A stretch of 33,642 nucleotides of DNA from an uncultured Christensenella sp. (GTDB lineage: Bacteria; Bacillota; Clostridia; Christensenellales; UBA1242). This document shows, in pieces, positions 1 to 7,763 of this stretch. The stretch is taken from the NCBI GenBank assembly GCA_949294585.1, contig CASFHZ010000003.1:1-33642 (forward strand), given 5' to 3'. The translations under genes were made by a program, and so were the position numbers. The notes below the pieces were generated by a model. That model ran no database searches. It saw only the letters and a program-made list of their open reading frames with translations, and was not told the origin of the DNA. Positions within the stretch are counted from its first letter, which is position 1, and each line of letters starts with the position of its first letter.

Positions 1-31
1 GAATTTCAAAATGTCCTCCCAAATTAGTATA
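1..31 (-). promoter_or_regulatory. Probable start of a gene running off the left edge (RBS GGGAGG, TTG at 9-7) with a TATACT -10 box
   Basis: Minus strand reads GGGAGG (20-15), 5 nt, then TTG AAA TTC. TATACT is at 31-26. No convincing -35. Confidence 0.5.
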
Positions 32-101
32 TGATTTAATGTTAATAGTGTTTTACATAAAAAATATAAGATTTTAGTCTAAAATTTTTAGAGTTAATAT
101 A

Positions 102-139
102 AAAAAGGAACTTTACTTTTATGTGTAGAGTTCCTTTTT
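102..139. terminator. Intrinsic terminator downstream of aspS, probably bidirectional
   Basis: AAAAAGGAACTTTAC...GTAGAGTTCCTTTTT inverted repeat (1 mismatch) with A/T tracts on both sides, about 50 nt past the aspS stop. Confidence 0.8.
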
Positions 140-189
140 AATTTTTGATAGTTTCAAAAGGTTTTAACCTTTATCTTTTCTTTTTAGTG

Positions 190-1962
190 TTATTTTTCAT
201 CTTTTATTACTTTAATATGAACTGCAGTTAATTGTGATTCATCAACTTCTGATGGTGCACCCATTAAAACATCTTGTGCTTTTTTATTCATAGGAAAAGC
301 AATAACTTCTCTTATGCTTTCATCACCTGTTATAAGCATAACCATTCTATCAACACCTGGAGCAATTCCTGCGTGAGGTGGTGCACCATAGCAAAATGCG
401 TTATACATTGCAGGGAATTTTGCTTTTACATCGCTTTCCTTTAAACCTACAATTTCAAATGCTTTAACCATAATTTCTGGGTCGTGATTTCTTACCGCGC
501 CCGATGATAATTCAATTCCGTTACAAACCAAGTCATATTGGTATGCTTTAACAGAAAGTGCATAGTTTATATCTTTTTCTGCCTTGTTTAATGCTTCAAT
601 TCCGCCTTGTGGCATAGAGAATGGATTGTGACAAAACTCAAGTTTTCCAGATTCTTTGCCTATTTCATACATAGGGAAATCAACTATCCAACAAAATTCA
701 TAGCATTCTTTGTGCATATGTCCATCAATTGAACTGCCAAGCATTTTAATCAAAACACCTGCTGTTTTTAATGCAATATCTTTTTCACCACAAGCAATTG
801 CAACAAGAGTGTTTGGAATAAGGTTACATTGTTTTGTTAACTCTTCATAAACTTGTTGAACAAATTTTGAAACACCACCAACAAATTGTCCGTTTTCATC
901 AACTTTGAACCAAAAAGGTTTATTCCCTGTTTGAACTTCAACATCAGCAACAACTTTATCTATATATTTTCGTGTTTCGTGGAATTTATCAACAACAACT
1001 GCTTTAACATAGCCACTTTTAAAAGGTTCAAAATCAATATCTTTAACAATTGGTGTTATGTCTTTAATTGTTAAATCAATTCTTAAATCTGGTTTATCCG
1101 AACCATAAATTTCCATAGCATCATTATATGGTATTCTTCTAAATGGTGCTTTTGAAGCAGTTTTATACAGTCCAAACTTTTCAAAAACAGGAGGAATAAC
1201 AGATTCAATCACTTCAAAAACATCTTCTTGACCTGCAAAAGCCATTTCCATATCAAGTTGATAAAATTCCCCTGGAGAACGGTCTGCCCTTGCATCTTCA
1301 TCTCTAAAACAAGGTGCAATTTGAAAATACTTATCAAATCCCGAAGTCATTAAAAGTTGTTTAAATTGTTGAGGTGCCTGAGGAAGTGCATAAAATTTGC
1401 CCGGATAATTTCTTGATGGAACAAGATAATCTCTTGCACCTTCTGGTGAAGAACTTGTTAAAATTGGAGTTGTTATTTCCAAGAAACCTTTGTTTATCAT
1501 TCTATTTCTAAGTTCATTTATAACCTTTGACCTTATAACAATTTTTTCTTTAACTTTTGGATTTCTTAAATCAAGATATCTATATTTTAATCTTAAATTT
1601 TCATCTGAATCTTTTGAATAATTAATTTCAAAAGGCAAACTGTTATAAATGCATTTGCCCAAAACTTCAAGCTTTTCACATACAACTTCAATATCACCTG
1701 TTGGCAAATTTTTATTTTTTGATGACCTCTCTCGAACTGTTCCCTCAACATATATTGTTGATTCACAATTAATTGTATCAACAACTTTAATTAAGTCTTC
1801 AGAATCTACAACAATTTGTGTTATACCATAAAAATCTCTTAAAACAAGAAATTCAAGGTTTTTACTAACTCTTCTAACATTTTCAAGCCAACCTGCAAGT
1901 TTTACTTTTTCATTTACATTTTTAATTCTTAATTCATTTAGGTTATGTGTTCTTTTTTGCAT
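190..1962 (-). CDS. aspS: Aspartate--tRNA ligase (bacterial type, with GAD insert)
   Basis: OB-fold N-terminus, RLKYRYLDLR, motif 1 EITTPIL, LPQAPQQFKQLLM, motif 2 FRDEDARADR, YGSDKPDLR, motif 3 GAPPHAGIAPGVDR. Start moved from 1995 to the ATG at 1962 (MQKRTH) because it follows AAGGAAG and the promoter overlaps the longer ORF. Confidence 0.97.
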   Translation of the reverse strand: MQKRTHNLNELRIKNVNEKVKLAGWLENVRRVSKNLEFLVLRDFYGITQIVVDSEDLIKVVDTINCESTIYVEGTVRERSSKNKNLPTGDIEVVCEKLEVLGKCIYNSLPFEINYSKDSDENLRLKYRYLDLRNPKVKEKIVIRSKVINELRNRMINKGFLEITTPILTSSSPEGARDYLVPSRNYPGKFYALPQAPQQFKQLLMTSGFDKYFQIAPCFRDEDARADRSPGEFYQLDMEMAFAGQEDVFEVIESVIPPVFEKFGLYKTASKAPFRRIPYNDAMEIYGSDKPDLRIDLTIKDITPIVKDIDFEPFKSGYVKAVVVDKFHETRKYIDKVVADVEVQTGNKPFWFKVDENGQFVGGVSKFVQQVYEELTKQCNLIPNTLVAIACGEKDIALKTAGVLIKMLGSSIDGHMHKECYEFCWIVDFPMYEIGKESGKLEFCHNPFSMPQGGIEALNKAEKDINYALSVKAYQYDLVCNGIELSSGAVRNHDPEIMVKAFEIVGLKESDVKAKFPAMYNAFCYGAPPHAGIAPGVDRMVMLITGDESIREVIAFPMNKKAQDVLMGAPSEVDESQLTAVHIKVIKDEK

Positions 1963-1985
1963 ATTTTCTTCCTTTTTTCCATACA

Positions 1986-2014
1986 AATTTAGCACATTAA
2001 AAATAATAAGTCAA
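1986..2014 (-). promoter_or_regulatory. sigma-A promoter of aspS
   Basis: TTGACT (2014-2009), 17 bp, TAAATT (1991-1986) with an extended TGn. Confidence 0.7.
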
Positions 2015-2131
2015 CAAACTTGCAAACAAAAGAAAACTATATATTAAGGTTATTAATATTATCTATACAAATTAAAAGTACATATTTTTACAATATGTAT
2101 ATTTTACTAACACAATATTTGTTTATTTTGC

Positions 2132-2160
2132 TTGTATAAAAAAAACATTTTTGTTATTCT
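2132..2160 (+). promoter_or_regulatory. sigma-A promoter of the lipoprotein gene
   Basis: TTGTAT (2132-2137), 17 bp, TATTCT (2155-2160) with an extended TGn. RBS AGGGGGT at 2167-2173. Confidence 0.6.
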
Positions 2161-2177
2161 CTTTATAGGGGGTAATT

Positions 2178-3065
2178 ATGAAAAAATATATAACATTAAT
2201 TGTTTTCACTTTTATGTTTGTTATGTTTGGAGGAATTTTTTATGCTTGTGGTAACAACAATCCTTCAACTTATTCTTTTAAAAGCACAAAAGAATTATAT
2301 GCATTTTCAATTGTGTCAGGTATGGAACTTGCACTAAACAATGAACAAAATGCACAACTAAACCAAAGCCAAACAGAGTTTAATGAAATTGTTAATTCCG
2401 TACATTCATATTTGCCTACATTTGAAAGTTTTTTGGGAAATGACAAACTTGTTATCCCAACAGAAACAACTTCTGATAATGCATCATATTCAAAAATGCT
2501 ATCTGTGAATTATAATGACACATTTGGAAATAATCACATTTATAAAATATACTACAACGAATATATACCGTCTCAAAATAATAGACCTTTTGATGATGAT
2601 GACGATGATGAAATTGAAACAGTTTTAAATGGAGAAGTTGTTTATAATGACACAACTTATACAATGTCTGGAAAGAAAGAAGTTGAACAAGGCGAATTTG
2701 AAATATATTTTGAAATTAATATAAGTGCAAATGAAAAAATAATAATAGAACAAGAACAAGAAAATAATGAACAAGAGTTTACATATTCGCTTTACAATGA
2801 AAATAAATTAATTTATTCAAACTCTTTTGAATTTAAAATGGAAAATGGAATGATTGAATTTGAAACAGAATACGAAACACAAAACCAACAATTAGAACTT
2901 GAAATTAAACAAATTGAAAAAAACAATCCTAATTTGTTTAATATTGAATACGAAAATAATAATCAAAAAATAAGAATTAAAGTGGAAAAAATTGAAGAAA
3001 ATAACACAGTAAAATATGTTTATTCAAACAATAATTTTACATTAACTAAAGAAATTGCAAAATAA
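2178..3065 (+). CDS. Acidic lipoprotein of unknown function
   Basis: MKK, hydrophobic core and lipobox-like FYAC (Cys24). Mature part is Glu/Asn-rich with a DDDDDDE tract and alternating beta-strand patterning. Has RBS, promoter and terminator. Confidence 0.85.
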   Translation: MKKYITLIVFTFMFVMFGGIFYACGNNNPSTYSFKSTKELYAFSIVSGMELALNNEQNAQLNQSQTEFNEIVNSVHSYLPTFESFLGNDKLVIPTETTSDNASYSKMLSVNYNDTFGNNHIYKIYYNEYIPSQNNRPFDDDDDDEIETVLNGEVVYNDTTYTMSGKKEVEQGEFEIYFEINISANEKIIIEQEQENNEQEFTYSLYNENKLIYSNSFEFKMENGMIEFETEYETQNQQLELEIKQIEKNNPNLFNIEYENNNQKIRIKVEKIEENNTVKYVYSNNNFTLTKEIAK

Positions 3066-3067
3066 TT

Positions 3068-3095
3068 AAAAAAACAACTCATTGAGTTGTTTTTT
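3068..3095. terminator. Bidirectional intrinsic terminator
   Basis: AAAAAAACAACTC-ATT-GAGTTGTTTTTT between the lipoprotein stop and the convergent TspO-remnant stop. Confidence 0.85.
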
Positions 3096-3261
3096 AATTT
3101 AATATCCACAACGCCACATTTAAAGTTGTTGCAATTAAAAGCCAAATTGGATATATCCACATTAAATACACATACCATTTATTTATTTTTAGTAGTTGAA
3201 TTATTAATAATATTCCCAAAATTCAATTTAAAATTATAAAAATATTTCCTAAAAATAAAAG
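3094..3261 (-). pseudogene. tspO: 3' remnant of a TspO/MBR (tryptophan-rich sensory protein) gene
   Basis: Manual translation LLFLGNIFIILN*ILGILLIIQLLKINKWYVYLMWIYPIWLLIATTLNVALWILN* resembles the TspO last helix (YxxWxxxATxLNxxxWxLN). No start codon, and an internal TGA at 3225-3223. Confidence 0.7.
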
Positions 3262-3419
3262 ATAATAAAGTTATATCTCCAAAAAGTGATTTGGAACTAA
3301 AAAAAGGAGATGTATTAGTAGTTTCGGGAAACATTAATAAACTAGAAGCAATTAGTAATTTATCTAGTGAAATAATAGATGCCAATCAATCTATTCAAAA
3401 CGGTTTAAATGTAGAATAA
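3255..3419 (+). pseudogene. 3' remnant of a TrkA-C/RCK-domain (KtrA/TrkA-like potassium uptake) gene
   Basis: Manual translation IKDNKVISPKSDLELKKGDVLVVSGNINKLEAI...NGLNVE* fits the RCK-C pattern PxxDxxLxxGDxLVVxG. In-frame TAA upstream at 3237-3239 and no ATG/RBS. Confidence 0.7.
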
Positions 3420-3430
3420 CAAATTCAGTA

Positions 3431-3459
3431 TTGACTTAACATAATATTTATTTTATAAT
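3431..3459 (+). promoter_or_regulatory. Near-consensus sigma-A promoter
   Basis: TTGACT (3431-3436), 17 bp, TATAAT (3454-3459). RBS AAGGAG at 3466-3471. Confidence 0.85.
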
Positions 3460-3478
3460 TACACTAAGGAGATAATAT

Positions 3479-4051
3479 ATGAATATATCACAAGATGCTA
3501 TGAAATTATATGAAAATTATAAAGTCCAAGCAATGCTTGAACTTGAAGGTAAAACTTCTTACAATTGGAACTTAATAAAATATCACTTGAAAAAAATTGC
3601 AATAATTTGGGCTGATTATGAAAACTACAAAAATAATCCAATTAGTTTAACTAATGTTCAAATAAAAGAATTAGATATTTGTGATTTGCTCACTTACTAT
3701 ATGATTGCAAAAACAATATATGATATGAATACTAATAAAGCAACAAAAGAAAAATTAGAATGCTTTATAAAAAATTTGCAAAATGAAGCACAATCATCAA
3801 GTTATGATAAAAAATGTGTATTTGCAAAAAATGTTAAAGATTATGAAACTGCTCTTAATTTTGTGTTAAATTTCTATGTTGAACCAATATATATTAAATA
3901 TTGTTTTTTCCAACATTGGGAAGATGTTAATTTGGGTTTAATTAATAACTTAGATCTTAAAGAATGCATATTTTTTGAAAAAAATATAAGAAGCGTTCAC
4001 TGTTTTGGATATAAATTAAGAAATGAGTTAAGTGAAGAAAAAACACTTTAA
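3479..4051 (+). CDS. Hypothetical cytoplasmic protein, 190 aa
   Basis: ORF with strong promoter, RBS and terminator. No signal peptide or recognisable motif. Confidence 0.8.
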   Translation: MNISQDAMKLYENYKVQAMLELEGKTSYNWNLIKYHLKKIAIIWADYENYKNNPISLTNVQIKELDICDLLTYYMIAKTIYDMNTNKATKEKLECFIKNLQNEAQSSSYDKKCVFAKNVKDYETALNFVLNFYVEPIYIKYCFFQHWEDVNLGLINNLDLKECIFFEKNIRSVHCFGYKLRNELSEEKTL

Positions 4052-4054
4052 AAC

Positions 4055-4092
4055 AAAAAAGTATAAATTAAAATTTTAATTTATACTTTTTT
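4055..4092. terminator. Perfect 38-bp palindrome, terminator of the hypothetical gene
   Basis: AAAAAAGTATAAATTAAAA|TTTTAATTTATACTTTTTT just after the stop, followed by more T. Confidence 0.75.
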
Positions 4093-4164
4093 TTACTTTC
4101 ATTAAACAATTTTAAAATATTTTAATTTTACACATCTATTTACTAATTTATTCATTTTAATATC

Positions 4165-4201
4165 AATAAAAAATGCAAAGAATTTCTTTGCATTTTTTAT
4201 T
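4165..4201 (-). terminator. rpoBC terminator
   Basis: AATAAAAAATGCAAAGAA-T-TTCTTTGCATTTTTTATT overlapping the rpoC stop codon. Confidence 0.85.
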
Positions 4202-7200
4202 ATTCAACTTCAACAGGAATTAATTGTCTATATTGTTTTAATCCAGTTCCTGCTGGGATTAATTTACCAATAATAACATTTTCCTTTAAACCAATTAAAT
4301 GATCAACTTTTCCTTTAACAGCTGCATCTGTTAAAACTCTTGATGTTTGTTCGAATGATGCTGCTGACAAGAAACTATCAGTTGCAAGAGATGCTTTTGT
4401 TAATCCTAACAATATTCTCTTTGCTGTTGCAGGCACTCCACCTTCTGACAAAACTCTTTCGTTTTCATCTTCATATGTGAACACATCAACAATTTCTCCA
4501 GGAAGTAATGTTGTATCACCTGCATTTTCGATTTTTACTTTTTTAAGCATTTGTCGAATAATTATTTCTATATGTTTATCATTAATAGGAACATCTTGTG
4601 CTTTGTAAACAGAAATAACTTCACTAAGCAAATAATCTTGAACACCTTTAAGTCCTTTTGTTCTTAAAAGGTCTGTTGGGTTAATTGAACCTTCTGTAAG
4701 TTGTGTTCCTGGTTCAATTTTGTCACCTGTTTTTACTTTTAAGTAAACAGGTTTTTTAACTTCATAAACAGCTTCTTCATCGCTATTTTTTACTGATATT
4801 ATATAAAGTTTTGGTTCTTCTTTAACTGTAACAACACCAGATATTTCACTAAGCCTTGCTTCACCTTTTGGTCTTCTTGCTTCCAAAAGTTCGTCAACAC
4901 GAGGCAAACCTTTTGTGATATCGGCAGCAACTGCGGCACCACCTGTGTGGAATGTTCTCATTGTAAGCTGTGTTCCAGGTTCACCAATACTTTGTGCAGC
5001 AATAATACCAACTGCTTCACCAACAGAGACTTTATCAAGCCCTGCCATATTTTGTCCATAACATTTTGCACAAACTCCGTGTCTTGAACGGCAAGTTAAT
5101 AATGTTCTGATTTGTACTTTTTCTATTCCTGCATCTTCAATTTCTTTTGCTTTATCTTTGCTAATCATTGTGTTTGCAGGAACAATTACTTCTTTTGTTG
5201 TTGGATTTATAACATCTTCAACTGTAAATCTTCCTGAAATTCTATCAGCAAGCGATTCAAGAACTGCTTTGTCTTGTTTTAGTGCACTAACATAAACACC
5301 TTTAACTTTTTCTCCAAGTGTTTCAAAACAATCTTCTTCTGTTACAACAACATCTTGGCTTATGTCAACAAGTCTTCTTGTTAAGTAACCAGAATCGGCT
5401 GTTTTTAAAGCTGTATCTGCAAGACCTTTACGTCCACCACGAGATGACAAGAAGTATTCAAGTGGTGTAAGTCCACTACGGAATGATGATTTTACAGGAA
5501 TATCAACCTTTTGTCCTGATGCGTTTGCCATAATTCCTCTCATTCCAGAAATACCATTAAGCTGAACGTTATTACCACGGGCACCAGAAATAACCATCAT
5601 TTTTAATGGGTTATAATCATCAAGGTGTTCAATTACCGCTTCTTGAACTTTTGTAGTTGCTTCAAACCAAGTTTCTATATTAGATGTTAATTTTTCATCA
5701 AGTGTAACAAGCCCACGAGCAAGCAATTTTTCATTTTCAAGAACTTTTTTATTTGCCTCTTCCAAAATTTCCTTTTTCTTTGGTGGTTCTTCCATATCGT
5801 AAACATTAATTGTTAAAGATGCAATTGTTGAATACTTGTATCCAAGTTCCTTAAATCTATCAACCATCTTAGAACACTCAGTAGTTCCCAATTTTTCAAA
5901 ACAAGCAACTGTAATTTTTTTCAAGTCTGCCTTCATTACTGGATAGTTAATTTCCAAATCACAATAATCTTCAGGTTTTTCTCTTTTGCAGAACCCTAAA
6001 TTTTGTGGAACAGCTTGATTAAAGATTATTCTACCAACAGTTGTTGTAAATCTTTTACTATATTTAACACCATCGACAACCGTTGTTCTTCTTAAAATTA
6101 TTTCTGCTTGAATGTCTATTGATTTTGTTTGATATGCAATAATTGCTTCTTCTTCACTAGTGAACATACTACCTTCACCTTTAACACCTTTTTTGGATTG
6201 TGTTAAATAGTAACAACCAATAACAATATCAAGTCCAGGTGTGATAATAGGTGAACCATCAGATAATTTTAATATATTATTTGAAGCGAGCATTAATGTT
6301 CTTGCTTCTGTTCTTGCATCAATACTTAGTGGTACGTGTACAGGCATTTGGTCACCATCGAAGTCGGCATTAAATCCTGTACAAACAGAAGGGTGAAGTC
6401 TTATTGCTCTACCTTCAACCAAAACAGGTTCAAATGCTTGAATACTAAGTCTATGCAATGTAGGAGCACGGTTCAAGAGCACTGGGTGATCCTTAATTAC
6501 TTCGCTAAGTACGTCCCAAACAACAGGTTTTTCTCTTTCAATTAATCTTTTTGCACTTTTAATATTGTTTGATTCATTAAGTTCAACCAATCTTTTTATA
6601 ATAAATGGTTTAAACAATTCAAGTGCCATTTCTTTTGGCAAACCACATTGATACATTTTTAAACTTGGGCCAACAGCAATAACTGAACGACCAGAATAGT
6701 CAACACGTTTACCAAGTAAGTTTTGTCTGAATCTACCTTGTTTTCCTGTTAAAATTGCAGTTAAAGATTTCAAATCTTTTTGTTTTGCACCTTGAACAGC
6801 TTTTCCTCTTTTTCCATTATCTATAAGAGCATCGACAGCTTCTTGGAGCATTCTTTTTTCGTTTCTTATAATAACATCAGGAGCACCAAGTTCCATTAAT
6901 TTTTTAAGTCTGTTATTTCTGTTGATTACTCTTCTATACAAGTCGTTTAAATCACTTGTTGCAAATCTGCCACCATCAAGTTGAACCATTGGTCTAAGTT
7001 CTGGTGGAAGAACAGGAAGAACATCAAGCACCATCCATTGTGGTTTGTTTCCACTTGTTAAAAATGCTTCAATAACACCCAATTTTTTAATGGCTTTTAA
7101 TCTCTTTTGTCCCTTTGCAGTTTGAAGAATTTCTTTTAGTTCTTCGCTTTCTTTTTTAAGGTCAACTTCGCTTAACAAACGCTTAATTGCATCAGCACCC

Positions 7201-7712
7201 ATTCCTGCAACAAAAGAATTTGGTCCATATGTTTCTTGGGCTTCACGATATTCTTTATCTGATATTATTTGTTTATAGGTAAAATTTGTATTTTTTGGAT
7301 CAAGAACTATCCAATTTACATAGTAAACAACTTGTTCAAGAGCTTTTGGTGTTATGTCAAGAACTGTTCCTATTCTTGAAGGAACACTTCTTAAGAACCA
7401 TATGTGAGTAACAGGAGCAGCAAGTTCAATATGTCCCATTCTTTCACGACGAACTTTTGAACGAGTTACTTCAACTCCACATTTGTCACAAACAACACCT
7501 TTGTATCTAATTCTTTTATATTTACCACAACTACATTCCCAGTCTTTTCTTGGTCCAAAAATCTTTTCACAAAACAAACCATCTTTTTCTGGTTTTTGAG
7601 TTCTGTAATTGATTGTTTCAGGTTTTGTAACTTCACCATAAGACCATTCTCTTATTTTTTCTGGTGATGCAATTCCTATTTTTATAGAATCAAAGTTATT
7701 AAGTTCAAACAT
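4200..7712 (-). CDS. rpoC: DNA-directed RNA polymerase beta' subunit
   Basis: Zn finger CSC...[17 protein letters not shown], catalytic NADFDGD, bridge helix [21 protein letters not shown], trigger loop [17 protein letters not shown] at 7726-7721. Confidence 0.99.
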   Translation of the reverse strand: MFELNNFDSIKIGIASPEKIREWSYGEVTKPETINYRTQKPEKDGLFCEKIFGPRKDWECSCGKYKRIRYKGVVCDKCGVEVTRSKVRRERMGHIELAAPVTHIWFLRSVPSRIGTVLDITPKALEQVVYYVNWIVLDPKNTNFTYKQIISDKEYREAQETYGPNSFVAGMGADAIKRLLSEVDLKKESEELKEILQTAKGQKRLKAIKKLGVIEAFLTSGNKPQWMVLDVLPVLPPELRPMVQLDGGRFATSDLNDLYRRVINRNNRLKKLMELGAPDVIIRNEKRMLQEAVDALIDNGKRGKAVQGAKQKDLKSLTAILTGKQGRFRQNLLGKRVDYSGRSVIAVGPSLKMYQCGLPKEMALELFKPFIIKRLVELNESNNIKSAKRLIEREKPVVWDVLSEVIKDHPVLLNRAPTLHRLSIQAFEPVLVEGRAIRLHPSVCTGFNADFDGDQMPVHVPLSIDARTEARTLMLASNNILKLSDGSPIITPGLDIVIGCYYLTQSKKGVKGEGSMFTSEEEAIIAYQTKSIDIQAEIILRRTTVVDGVKYSKRFTTTVGRIIFNQAVPQNLGFCKREKPEDYCDLEINYPVMKADLKKITVACFEKLGTTECSKMVDRFKELGYKYSTIASLTINVYDMEEPPKKKEILEEANKKVLENEKLLARGLVTLDEKLTSNIETWFEATTKVQEAVIEHLDDYNPLKMMVISGARGNNVQLNGISGMRGIMANASGQKVDIPVKSSFRSGLTPLEYFLSSRGGRKGLADTALKTADSGYLTRRLVDISQDVVVTEEDCFETLGEKVKGVYVSALKQDKAVLESLADRISGRFTVEDVINPTTKEVIVPANTMISKDKAKEIEDAGIEKVQIRTLLTCRSRHGVCAKCYGQNMAGLDKVSVGEAVGIIAAQSIGEPGTQLTMRTFHTGGAAVAADITKGLPRVDELLEARRPKGEARLSEISGVVTVKEEPKLYIISVKNSDEEAVYEVKKPVYLKVKTGDKIEPGTQLTEGSINPTDLLRTKGLKGVQDYLLSEVISVYKAQDVPINDKHIEIIIRQMLKKVKIENAGDTTLLPGEIVDVFTYEDENERVLSEGGVPATAKRILLGLTKASLATDSFLSAASFEQTSRVLTDAAVKGKVDHLIGLKENVIIGKLIPAGTGLKQYRQLIPVEVE

Positions 7713-7763
7713 TATTTATTTCTCCTAATTTTTCTTTGTTATGGTTATTGATATAAACAACTA

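Noticed and set aside
1963-1995. N-terminal extension MLNLYGKKEEN of AspRS
   Set aside because: It overlaps the predicted -10 box and the RBS of the ATG at 1962.
3223-3225. In-frame TGA in the TspO remnant and absence of TGA stops, suggesting genetic code 4 or 25
   Set aside because: More than 30 kb of ORFs are uninterrupted under code 11 with Trp encoded by TGG. The TGA lies in a truncated fragment.
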